Shown here one piece after another: positions 1 to 7,972 of a DNA stretch of 42,805 bases. Under the pieces are notes generated by a model. The model was given only the letters and a program-made list of their open reading frames with translations, did no database searches and was not told where the DNA came from. The DNA comes from Desulfobacteraceae bacterium (lineage in GTDB: Bacteria > Desulfobacterota > Desulfobacteria > Desulfobacterales > UBA5616): NCBI GenBank assembly GCA_030620375.1, contig JAUXEW010000001.1, positions 1 to 42,805 on the forward strand. Reading direction: 5' to 3'. The number at the start of each line of letters is the position of its first letter. Position 1 is the stretch's first letter. The position numbers were made by a program, and so were the translations under genes.

Positions 1-80
1 CCTGTCTCTGACAACATGTCAATTAAATGGGGATTGCCCTTCTCGATGATGTCATTCAATTCGACGGCAATTGGATTCAT
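1..80 (-). CDS. partial CDS, first 26 codons only (MNPIAVELNDIIEKGNPHLIDMLSET...); function not assignable
   Basis: ATG at complement of 78-80, preceded by GGAGGG about 8 nt upstream. The reading frame stays open to the window edge. Confidence 0.45.
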   Translation of the reverse strand, partial: MNPIAVELNDIIEKGNPHLIDMLSET

Positions 81-184
81 GGATTAATCCCTCCTGGAGT
101 TGCTGTGAAGCTCATTTATAATGGCCATACTTACAGTTTTGAGGTAAAAAATGTCAAGGGGAAAACATAAGCTCGAATTTAACC

Positions 185-382
185 GAGACCTTTGAAAAAT
201 GTTGATTTTTGCCCAAGTTCAAGAAAGGCGAAAAGTTAGCGCTGAAAAGCTTCACTACGTGCAACCGCAGGAATACATTGAGTATTTTGAGGATTGAATT
301 TTGAGTCTGACGCCGAAATTGGGCAAAAAGTGACGTTTTGCAAAGGTCTCATGGGCAAAAAGGGGCGTTTTGCAAAGGTCTC
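185..382. repeat. MITE-like unit bounded by 30-nt repeat family B: GAGACCTTTGAAAAATGTTGATTTTTGCCC at 185-214, with inverted copies at 321-350 and in tandem at 353-382
   Basis: Direct reading: 321-350 (GGGCAAAAAGTGACGTTTTGCAAAGGTCTC) is the near reverse complement of 185-214. A second tandem copy follows after 2 nt. The same motif forms the hairpin at 15951-15988. Confidence 0.7.
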
Positions 383-425
383 GTTTAAACGGCAACACTA
401 AGTGATTGAGGGGTTTTCATAGGGC

Positions 426-725
426 ATGTTCATCATTGGCTATTTACTAATGGCTATCGCGAGAATTCTCGACTTCGTTCTCCTCTTTTTTATGATCTTC
501 ATTATTGCAAGGGCTGTCCTGTCTTGGGTCAGCCCAGACCCGTACAATCCAATCGTCCGATTTATCCATAACGTAACCGAACCGATTCTATATCGAATTC
601 GGACTAAAATTCCGGTAGTGCTCGGGGGAATCGATTTTTCACCGATTATCGTTTTTGTGGTGATTATGTTTTTAAGGGATTTTGTTGTAAACAGCCTTGT
701 CAGAATTTCCAAGTCCCTGTTATAA
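426..725 (+). CDS. yggT: YggT family membrane protein
   Basis: 99-aa hydrophobic protein with the ARAVLSWVSPDPYNP...TEPIL...IDFSPII pattern typical of YggT/Ycf19. It sits immediately upstream of divIVA, as in dcw-associated clusters. Confidence 0.85.
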   Translation: MFIIGYLLMAIARILDFVLLFFMIFIIARAVLSWVSPDPYNPIVRFIHNVTEPILYRIRTKIPVVLGGIDFSPIIVFVVIMFLRDFVVNSLVRISKSLL

Positions 726-748
726 TATTAAAATATAGGAGTTGGATT

Positions 749-1255
749 ATGAATATGTCAGCAATTGATATACAAAACAAGCAGTTTAAAGTCAAATTCA
801 GAGGGTTTGACATTCACGAGGTCGACGCATTTCTTGAAGAAATGGCAGGCGCGTTTGAATCATTACATATGGAAAATAAAGACCTGCATGATGAAATAAA
901 ACAGCTGGAACAAGAAAACAAAGGCTACAAGGAACGTGAAGAAACATTAAAGGACACCTTGATTCACTCGCAGAAGATTATGGAGCAAATGAAGGAAAAC
1001 GCGCGCAAATCCGCAGATATCATTATCGCCGGCGCTGAAGTGAATGCTAAAAAAATTCTCAACGATGCGCATAATCGTCTCTTCCAGTTACATGAAGACA
1101 TGGCAGAATTAAAACGCCAACGCAAGCAGATTGAGATTCAGATTCGTTCTATTCTAGAGATCCATACGAGGCTCCTCGAAGACAGGGAAGCAGAGCGAGA
1201 AGAAAGAAATGAAGAGGATTCCAAAGTCAAGCTGCTAAAACAGACCCAACCATAA
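749..1255 (+). CDS. divIVA: DivIVA domain-containing cell-division protein
   Basis: The N-terminus (IDIQNKQFKVKFRGFDIHEVDAFLEEM) is the DivIVA signature and is followed by a coiled-coil region. AGGAG lies 7 nt upstream of the ATG. Confidence 0.85.
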   Translation: MNMSAIDIQNKQFKVKFRGFDIHEVDAFLEEMAGAFESLHMENKDLHDEIKQLEQENKGYKEREETLKDTLIHSQKIMEQMKENARKSADIIIAGAEVNAKKILNDAHNRLFQLHEDMAELKRQRKQIEIQIRSILEIHTRLLEDREAEREERNEEDSKVKLLKQTQP

Positions 1256-1347
1256 CTTCACAGGCGTCACAGGCGTCTGATCCGGATTTTTTATTGCTGT
1301 TCTATCGTTGATCATATATGTGATGCTCATGCCTTTTTAATTTTAGA

Positions 1348-1517
1348 TAGTGTCCATCCAGAAATGGTAGATTTTGGTTCAGAGCAAGGCCTGAGCGATT
1401 TTGAATCCGACAGCGTAGCTGTCATAGTGTCAACGAGAATAGCGTGCTATTTTAAGGATTTCAAAAGAGCGAAAACGAAGCTCCGGGCCAAAAGATGCCG
1501 TTTATGGATGGACACTA
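1348..1517. repeat. MITE-like element with 13-nt terminal inverted repeats (family C: TAGTGTCCATCCA / TGGATGGACACTA)
   Basis: 1348-1360 is the reverse complement of 1505-1517. There is an internal imperfect inverted repeat (CGATTTTGAATCC ... GGATTTCAAAAGAGCG). A solo GGATGGACACTA occurs at 10933-10944 and a partial GTAGTGTCC at about 28400. Confidence 0.55.
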
Positions 1518-1549
1518 GATAACCACATCATATTTATCAGGAGACACCC

Positions 1550-2632
1550 ATGGCAAAAATAGATGCTTTTTTCAAATTGATGCACGAACAAGGTGCTTCA
1601 GACCTTCACCTCGTATCAGGCCAGCCACCTGCCTTAAGAATTCGGGGGGAAGTGGAACGGGTAAAATACAAAATATTAGACACCGATGAATTAAGAGGCA
1701 TGCTTTATGAAATAGCGCCGGAAGAAAAAGTCAAACTTTTTGAAGAGTCCGGGGACGTTGATTTTGGTTATGAAATACCGGGATTGGCCCGGTACCGAGC
1801 CAATTTTTTTATGCAAAAATATGGTGTTGCCGCAGTATTCAGGGAAATTCCCAGCGAAATATTGACCACAGAGCAGCTGGGACTCCCCCCCATAATCCCT
1901 AAACTGGCTTCATTACCTAGAGGCCTGGTCCTGGTCACGGGACCCACGGGAAGCGGCAAATCAACCACACTTGCCGCTATCATTGATGTTGCCAACAGAA
2001 CCCGTAAGGACCATATTATTACCGTTGAAGATCCTATCGAATTTGTTCATCAAAGCCAGGGATGTATTGTCAATCATCGAGAGGTCGGCATACATACCCG
2101 ATCATTCCACGCCGCCTTGCGGGGTGCCCTCAGAGAAGACCCCGATATTATTCTTGTGGGAGAAATGAGAGACCTGGAAACCACATCACTTGCCATTGAA
2201 GCCGCATCCACCGGCCATCTGGTTTTCGGTACCATGCACACACCCAGTGCTCCGAAAACCGTCGATCGTATAATCGAAATATTCCCTTCTACGGAGCAAG
2301 CTCAAATCCGTTCCACCCTGTCTGACGGGCTTAGGGCGGTTGTTGCTCAAGTGCTGTTCAAACGGATTGACAAGAAAGGCCGTGTGGCCGCACTGGAAAT
2401 ATTAATAGCAAACTCCGCTGTAAGGAATTTAATCCGCGAATCCAAAACCCATCAGATTCCCTCTATGATACAAACCGGGAAGCGATACGGTATGCAGCTT
2501 TTGGATGATGCCATTATGGAGTTGTACAACAAAGGAAAGATAAGCGCGGATGATGCATATCTAAAGGCAAATGACAAATCCTTATTCAGGCCCTTGATCA
2601 AAACGCCGCCTGCGGACTTTACCGAGGCATAG
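1550..2632 (+). CDS. pilT: type IV pilus twitching-motility ATPase PilT
   Basis: 360 aa. It has Walker A GPTGSGKST, the Asp box and Walker B, the His box, and a typical PilT N-terminus (LHLVSGQPPALRIRG). GGAGA is upstream. Confidence 0.9.
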   Translation: MAKIDAFFKLMHEQGASDLHLVSGQPPALRIRGEVERVKYKILDTDELRGMLYEIAPEEKVKLFEESGDVDFGYEIPGLARYRANFFMQKYGVAAVFREIPSEILTTEQLGLPPIIPKLASLPRGLVLVTGPTGSGKSTTLAAIIDVANRTRKDHIITVEDPIEFVHQSQGCIVNHREVGIHTRSFHAALRGALREDPDIILVGEMRDLETTSLAIEAASTGHLVFGTMHTPSAPKTVDRIIEIFPSTEQAQIRSTLSDGLRAVVAQVLFKRIDKKGRVAALEILIANSAVRNLIRESKTHQIPSMIQTGKRYGMQLLDDAIMELYNKGKISADDAYLKANDKSLFRPLIKTPPADFTEA

Positions 2633-2651
2633 AGATGAAAGGGGTAAAACC

Positions 2652-3833
2652 GTGAGAAAACAAGAAGTCGATCATATTTTAACAAGAATGTTGGATGCGC
2701 ATAAAAATGTTTCAGACCTGAATATCACCGTTGGGAGGCCGTTTCAGGTCGAAAGTTCCGGGGAACTGATTCCTGTTGAGTTCAAACCTGATTTCAAGTC
2801 GCTTACACCCTTTCAGTCTGAAATCTTTGCGTTAAACCTCATTAACCAGGACCATCGTTTAACCAAAATGCTTCTTTCCGAAGGGTCTTGCGATATGTCG
2901 TATGCCTTGCCCGGAAAGGCGCGGTTTCGGGTCAATGCATTCTCACGAACCGGCAACTATTCCATAGTATTAAGAAAACTCGAATCTAAAATTCCCACCA
3001 TACGGGAAATGAATCTCCCGGAAGCCATGTTCAAGATCGCTCAGGAAAAAAACGGGATTGTTGTGGTCACCGGCGCTACAGGTTCCGGCAAAACGACATC
3101 GCTGGCAACGGTGTTGAATGAAATCAACGAAAACAAGTCTGTTCATATTGTTACGCTTGAGGATCCAGTCGAATATCAGCACCCTCATAAACAGTCGACC
3201 TTTAACCAGCGAGAATTGGGTATCGACTTCGATACCTTTGCCAACGGACTTCGCGCCGCACTCCGCCAGGCCCCAAAAGTCATACTGGTGGGCGAAATGC
3301 GAGACCGGGAAACCGTGGAAATCGGATTAAGCGCGGCCGAAACCGGGCATCTTGTGCTGTCAACCCTCCACACGGTGGATGCCGGTTCAACCGTCAACCG
3401 TATTCTGGGTATGTTTAGCACCGAAGAGGAAAACCAGATCAGGATTCGGCTCTCCGATACGGTTCGCTGGATTGTATGCCAAAGACTGCTTCCGAAAATT
3501 GGTGGCGGCCGTGTGGCGACATTTGAGATTCTCGGTTCCAATTTAAGGGTACAAGACGCCATTTTAAACGGAGAATCAGAAGGAAAAACATTTTACGAAA
3601 TCATGCAGGCCGGTGCGGCATTCGGCATGACCACGTTTGACAATTATATTATCAAATTATACGAGCAAGGGCTTATTACCCAGGAAACAGCCCTGGCATA
3701 CGCATCCCGAAAAGGAATTGTGGGCCGCGGCATAGATTCTGTAAAAAGTGCAAGAGGCGAGGCCACTACTGATATTGAAAAGCTTGAAATTGACGGTGAT
3801 TACGACAAGTCATATTCTAAAAAGGAAGTGTAA
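2652..3833 (+). CDS. second PilT/PilU-family secretion ATPase
   Basis: 393 aa with Walker A GATGSGKTT, VGEMRD and TGHLVLSTLHT motifs. It uses a GTG start 19 nt after the pilT stop. Confidence 0.85.
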   Translation: MRKQEVDHILTRMLDAHKNVSDLNITVGRPFQVESSGELIPVEFKPDFKSLTPFQSEIFALNLINQDHRLTKMLLSEGSCDMSYALPGKARFRVNAFSRTGNYSIVLRKLESKIPTIREMNLPEAMFKIAQEKNGIVVVTGATGSGKTTSLATVLNEINENKSVHIVTLEDPVEYQHPHKQSTFNQRELGIDFDTFANGLRAALRQAPKVILVGEMRDRETVEIGLSAAETGHLVLSTLHTVDAGSTVNRILGMFSTEEENQIRIRLSDTVRWIVCQRLLPKIGGGRVATFEILGSNLRVQDAILNGESEGKTFYEIMQAGAAFGMTTFDNYIIKLYEQGLITQETALAYASRKGIVGRGIDSVKSARGEATTDIEKLEIDGDYDKSYSKKEV

Positions 3834-3868
3834 CCCCAGTCTTTTGGAAGGAGGCGTGGTAAGGACTC

Positions 3869-4531
3869 ATGGATATTACCTGTGAAAATTGTCAAAGCAA
3901 GTTCAGGATCCCGGATAATAAGATTCCGCCGGGTAAAACCGCTGTATTAAATTGCCCGAAATGTAAAAACAAGATGTCTGTTACAGCAGCGCCAAAGGCT
4001 GCCGAAACCGCCGAAGATGAAATAAAAGACGGTATTTATGATGAAGTTGCTTCCGGTGCTTATGATGCTTCTGAAAAGCCGTTTGACTTTGTTGAAGAAG
4101 AAGGTAAAACCGCTTTGGTTTGTGAATCGGATCCCGAGATCAAGAAAGCCTTAACCGATGCTCTGGATTTAATGGAATATCATACTACGGATGCTGAAAA
4201 TATTCGAGATGCCTTGACAAAGATGCGCTACCATACTTACGACCTGATACTGGTAAGAGATAGTTTCGATTCATCAAATCCCGATGAAAACGGTGTGCTG
4301 GTATATCTTGAACGTTTGCCCATGACGATCCGCCGCAACATTTTCGTCGCGCTGATCAGCGATCGATTTCGGACCATGGACAATATGATGGCATTTAACA
4401 AAAGCGTAAATATCATTATTAACACCGACAATGTTTCAGATAGCGAAAAAATAATACAACGCGGTATTACAGACAATGATTTATTTTTTCGGGTGTATAA
4501 GGAAACCTTGAAAAAAATCGGACGAATTTAA
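3869..4531 (+). CDS. N-terminal CxxC...CxxC zinc-ribbon protein with a C-terminal CheY-like (possibly degenerate) receiver fold
   Basis: The N-terminus CENCQSKFRIPDNKIPPGKTAVLNCPKCKNK is an MJ0042-type zinc ribbon. The C-terminus (TALVCESDPEIKK...YDLILVRDSF...FVALISD...AFNKS) follows the receiver beta-alpha pattern. It lies 35 nt after the second pilT-like gene. Confidence 0.6.
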   Translation: MDITCENCQSKFRIPDNKIPPGKTAVLNCPKCKNKMSVTAAPKAAETAEDEIKDGIYDEVASGAYDASEKPFDFVEEEGKTALVCESDPEIKKALTDALDLMEYHTTDAENIRDALTKMRYHTYDLILVRDSFDSSNPDENGVLVYLERLPMTIRRNIFVALISDRFRTMDNMMAFNKSVNIIINTDNVSDSEKIIQRGITDNDLFFRVYKETLKKIGRI

Positions 4532-4574
4532 GCCAATGGGCTACGGCTGACCGTCTTGTAAAAAGCCTCGAAAT

Positions 4575-4646
4575 CGTCATGCCGGACTTGATCCGGCATC
4601 CAGAATGTATTGAATTTACTGGATTCCGGCTTTCGCCGGAATGACG
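4575..4646. repeat. palindromic REP-like element (family D): CGTCATGCCGGACTTGATCCGGCATCCAG ... CTGGATTCCGGCTTTCGCCGGAATGACG
   Basis: The two arms are inverted relative to each other, and each arm contains its own GCCGGA/TCCGGC hairpin. This is the widespread repeat that creates spurious 'SFRRKPESS/VIPAKAGIQ'-type ORFs, here track ORF 4467-4691. Confidence 0.75.
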
Positions 4647-4694
4647 GAAAAGAGAACGTTTTGATTTTTTTACGAGTGCATCAAGTTTCACTAT

Positions 4695-4853
4695 ATGGAA
4701 AAAAACAATAAATATACATGTGCCGAATACCGCGAAGAGATGATGCTTCTCGGTCTTAAAAAACGTTTAAATGACAAAGACATAAGTGAAGCGGAAAGGT
4801 GGACCATTACCCGGGAGATTGAAAAACTTGAAATTGATATGGATATCAATTAA
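4695..4853 (+). CDS. small hypothetical protein, 52 aa (MEKNNKYTCAEYREEMMLLGLKKRLNDKDISEAERWTITREIEKLEIDMDIN)
   Basis: This ORF is below the track threshold. It is charged and helical with non-repetitive sequence, and a hairpin plus T8 follows it. There is no obvious SD. Confidence 0.4.
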   Translation: MEKNNKYTCAEYREEMMLLGLKKRLNDKDISEAERWTITREIEKLEIDMDIN

Positions 4854-4854
4854 C

Positions 4855-4887
4855 GGTTAAACACGGTTAACCTGATTTATTTTTTTT
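4855..4887 (+). terminator. weak intrinsic terminator (GGTTAA-N6-TTAACC followed by TGATTTATTTTTTTT)
   Basis: A short AT-rich stem followed by a long T-tract, immediately after the stop at 4853. Confidence 0.4.
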
Positions 4888-5096
4888 AAACCATAATCCC
4901 GGCCTGTTTTGCCGCAACTTTATCGGCAACCCCTTTAAAACCATCGAAAAAGCGCCAACCCACCGTCTGTTCCCTTAACCTTGCCTTTTGGCTTAATTTC
5001 ACCTAAAAAAACAAGGTGTTTTAATGAGCCGGGCGCCAAACCAGCTGAATCTAATATCTTCAATACCATTTTTTGACGGATGAATACGAGGTACTT

Positions 5097-6017
5097 ATGA
5101 CAAAAGCTAAAATTGATCCGATATCAGAGGATCTTTTCTTAATTACGCTTGTCCCGCCGATAACCGGGTTCGACAATTTTATCGGTGTCTGGTTAAAAAC
5201 CGGGAAACCGACATTTATAATAGATGTCGGTCCGACGGCAACTGTCCACCACCTTAGAGATGCCTTAAAAGAGTTATCCATTGATAAACTGGATTTTATT
5301 TTGCTAACCCATATTCATATTGACCATGCCGGCGGCATCGGGAATGTTTTAGAATATTTTCCAGAAACCCCGATCATATGCCACAAATCCGCCATACCGC
5401 ACCTTTCAGACCCCGCTCGATTGTGGGAAGGCTCATTAAAGACGTTAGGTGACATGGCTCACGCTTATGGCCCTATTAAACCGGTTCCCGAAAATCTTCT
5501 CGTGGACGCCGAACATTTCATCGATAACGCCATCACGCCCATCATTACGCCGGGTCACGCTCCGCATCATGTTAGTTTTGTGACGCCACAATGCCTGTTC
5601 GCCGGGGAAACCTGCGGCGTTCATTTGAGGCTTCCTTCCGGGCAGGAATACCAGCGACCGGCAACACCACCGAGATTTTTTCTTGAAACCTCCTTAAAAA
5701 GTATTGACCGCTTAATTGAACAAAATCCTCAAAAAATTTGCTTCGGGCATTTTGGAATAGAAAATGAGGCCGTTAACCGGCTAATGGCCCACAGAGACCA
5801 GCTTATCTTTTGGAAAAATATTATTAAGGATGAAATGAAAAATGCGCAAAAAGAAAGCTTTTTTTCAGATTGTATAGAAAGATTGATGCGTGAAGACCCC
5901 AATATGGCCTGTTTTGATCTACTAAATGACGGGGAAAAAGAACGGGAAATGTATTTTATCACAAACAGCATTAAAGGGTATGTGGGATACTTAAATCATA
6001 TCGCCGATAATTCGTAA
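5097..6017 (+). CDS. MBL-fold metallo-hydrolase
   Basis: It has the LLTHIHIDHAGG (HxHxDH) motif. I prefer the ATG at 5097 (GAGG 5 nt upstream) over the TTG at 5073 used by the track. Confidence 0.8.
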   Translation: MTKAKIDPISEDLFLITLVPPITGFDNFIGVWLKTGKPTFIIDVGPTATVHHLRDALKELSIDKLDFILLTHIHIDHAGGIGNVLEYFPETPIICHKSAIPHLSDPARLWEGSLKTLGDMAHAYGPIKPVPENLLVDAEHFIDNAITPIITPGHAPHHVSFVTPQCLFAGETCGVHLRLPSGQEYQRPATPPRFFLETSLKSIDRLIEQNPQKICFGHFGIENEAVNRLMAHRDQLIFWKNIIKDEMKNAQKESFFSDCIERLMREDPNMACFDLLNDGEKEREMYFITNSIKGYVGYLNHIADNS

Positions 6018-6755
6018 TCCCTCCAGTGTCAAATCCGGCTCAATGGATTCAATGGTCTCCGATACCTTGTACATGAGCTGAGAAAGCCCACCGGTTGCGA
6101 TGATTTTTGGGTTTGTGCCCATTTCTTTTTTCATTCGTTTGACCATCCCGTCCACGAGCCCGGCATACCCGTAAATAATACCGGATTTTATACTGCCGGC
6201 CGTGTCCGTGCCGATGACCCTTTCAGGCGGCTCAAAAATTTCAACTCTGGGAAGTTTGGAGGCTTTCATATATAACGCTTCCGAGGCAATATGAATGCCG
6301 GGGCTGATGGCGCCACCCAAATACTCCCCTTGTTCGGAAACAGCATCAAATGTTGTCGCCGTACCAAAATCAATCACTATCAGACTTGTCTTAAATTGAT
6401 GGAATGCAGCGACCGCATTGACAATCCTATCTGACCCCACTTCACCGGGATTGGTGTACCGGATCGGCATACCGGGCACCGACTTGGCGTCGACCCAGTA
6501 CGGATCACACCCAAAATATTTTCGACAAAAAGAATTCAGTATAGTGATCATTGGCGGAACGACACAGGAAATTACGATCTTCGAAACGTTTTCCGGGGAT
6601 ATGTTGATCTCCGAAAACATATGGATCGCAAACACACTAAACTCATCTTCCGTGATATGGGTATCCGTATGTATCCGCCAGTCTTTCATCAGCCGCGTAC
6701 CATCATATATTCCCATGACAATATTCGTATTTCCAACATCTATGACCAGCAGCAT
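5991..6755 (-). CDS. coaX: type III pantothenate kinase
   Basis: MLLVIDVGNTNIVMGIY plus DFGTATTFD and GGLS motifs of the CoaX/ASKHA fold. 254 aa. Confidence 0.9.
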   Translation of the reverse strand: MLLVIDVGNTNIVMGIYDGTRLMKDWRIHTDTHITEDEFSVFAIHMFSEINISPENVSKIVISCVVPPMITILNSFCRKYFGCDPYWVDAKSVPGMPIRYTNPGEVGSDRIVNAVAAFHQFKTSLIVIDFGTATTFDAVSEQGEYLGGAISPGIHIASEALYMKASKLPRVEIFEPPERVIGTDTAGSIKSGIIYGYAGLVDGMVKRMKKEMGTNPKIIATGGLSQLMYKVSETIESIEPDLTLEGLRIIGDMI

Positions 6756-6800
6756 AATTTGAACTCCTGAGACTTAATGAACCTGCGAAATGATTAAGGA

Positions 6801-6920
6801 TTGAAGCCTCCCCGCAGCAAGCTACGGGGAATCTTCCAAGTAAGGATTTTAGACTATTTGTATTTCGCTCGCTAACCCCGCAGCAAGCTACGAGGAATGC
6901 GCTCGCATTGCTTGTTCAAA
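6801..6920 (+). repeat. about 120-bp structured repeat, family A copy 1 (CCCCGCAGCAAGCTACGGGGAAT ... TAACCCCGCAGCAAGCTACGAGGAATGCGCTCGCATTGCTTGTTCAAA)
   Basis: Nearly identical to 13180-13298. It contains two GCAGC-AA-GCTRC palindromic hairpins. Confidence 0.85.
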
Positions 6921-6943
6921 TTTCCCGTTTTATTTACGATCAG

Positions 6944-7882
6944 TTAAGGTTCATTTTTCAACCTAACGGTGAAAATCTCCGGCTTTACCCCCACAAGGGT
7001 GGTATTCACCGGTAACCGGATGGTTGCATGCCGGACATATACACCCGGTTTCAACCCCTCAAGGTCTAAAAAGACCTCAATCCCGTTTTTCATAGAAAGC
7101 CGTTCAAGGATATTTTCAGGCCCTTTGACTTCCAGGCTGACCACCCGCGGCGTTATGCTGAAGTTATATAAAGCATCCTTCCCTTCTACGGGAATATCTT
7201 GAAGTTGTTTGGTGATCACCTTTTCTTCGATAAAAACTTCTGAAAGAATATTCCCCTCCGGAGTTACGACATGGATATCCTCTGCCAGATCCAGGGCAAT
7301 CTCTCTTTTAAGGGGTTCTCGGGCCCCGCTGATTTCAACCGGTTTGGTATTAATGGTTTCGATGGACCGCAATATGCTTTCGGGTCCCTTTAAAATCACT
7401 TTGGCCGGATCTGCTATGGCATCGGCAATAAAAAACCCGGTAGCCGGTTTTCCGGAAAGTGTTACCACCACCGGTACACTTTTTTCAAGCTCACTGTCTA
7501 TCTTAATCGTTAAAAAAGACGGGTTTATCTGAACCACGGAAATCCCCTTTGGAAAAGGAAATTTTGAGGGACTTACAGGGATTGAGTTAATCCCGATGTC
7601 GACATTCGATAAATCCGGATCGTAATGTAAACTATTTAGTTTGCCAAGACTTTCAATAAGCGATTTCGCCCCTCGAATCTTAACTTCAATATCTTTTATC
7701 GGGGTACCAACAACGGTCAATCCATGAGGAATGGTATCATAATTAACGGCAATTACGAATTGGGCTTCCTGGGAATATAGGAGTGGCCATAAAGTTACGA
7801 GTACAATCCCGAAAAAAATAAATAAAATAAGCCATTTTTGTTTTCCACTAAGTGAAAAGGGCGTTCGTTGTTTTCCATTCAT
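6944..7882 (-). CDS. YbbR-like (CdaR-type) domain-containing protein
   Basis: 312 aa with an N-terminal TM segment followed by repeated beta-rich modules of about 90 aa, the pattern of YbbR repeats. It lies downstream of folP. Confidence 0.7.
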   Translation of the reverse strand: MNGKQRTPFSLSGKQKWLILFIFFGIVLVTLWPLLYSQEAQFVIAVNYDTIPHGLTVVGTPIKDIEVKIRGAKSLIESLGKLNSLHYDPDLSNVDIGINSIPVSPSKFPFPKGISVVQINPSFLTIKIDSELEKSVPVVVTLSGKPATGFFIADAIADPAKVILKGPESILRSIETINTKPVEISGAREPLKREIALDLAEDIHVVTPEGNILSEVFIEEKVITKQLQDIPVEGKDALYNFSITPRVVSLEVKGPENILERLSMKNGIEVFLDLEGLKPGVYVRHATIRLPVNTTLVGVKPEIFTVRLKNEP

Positions 7883-7972
7883 CGAATTGATCCGGCCTTT
7901 TTATTTAGATCGGTTAAATGACCTTCTTTTTTTACGGGGTTACTAAAGAGACTGTTTACGAGTTCATCAATT

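Noticed and set aside
321-382. Two tandem 30-nt repeats considered as a possible mini-CRISPR
   Set aside because: There are only two units separated by 2 nt, so there are no spacers. An inverted copy lies 106 bp away and no cas genes are present, so it fits a REP/MITE-type repeat.
5991-6017. 27-bp convergent 3' overlap of the MBL hydrolase and coaX
   Set aside because: The overlap is real in the sequence, but convergent tail overlaps of this size are common and carry no specific functional implication.
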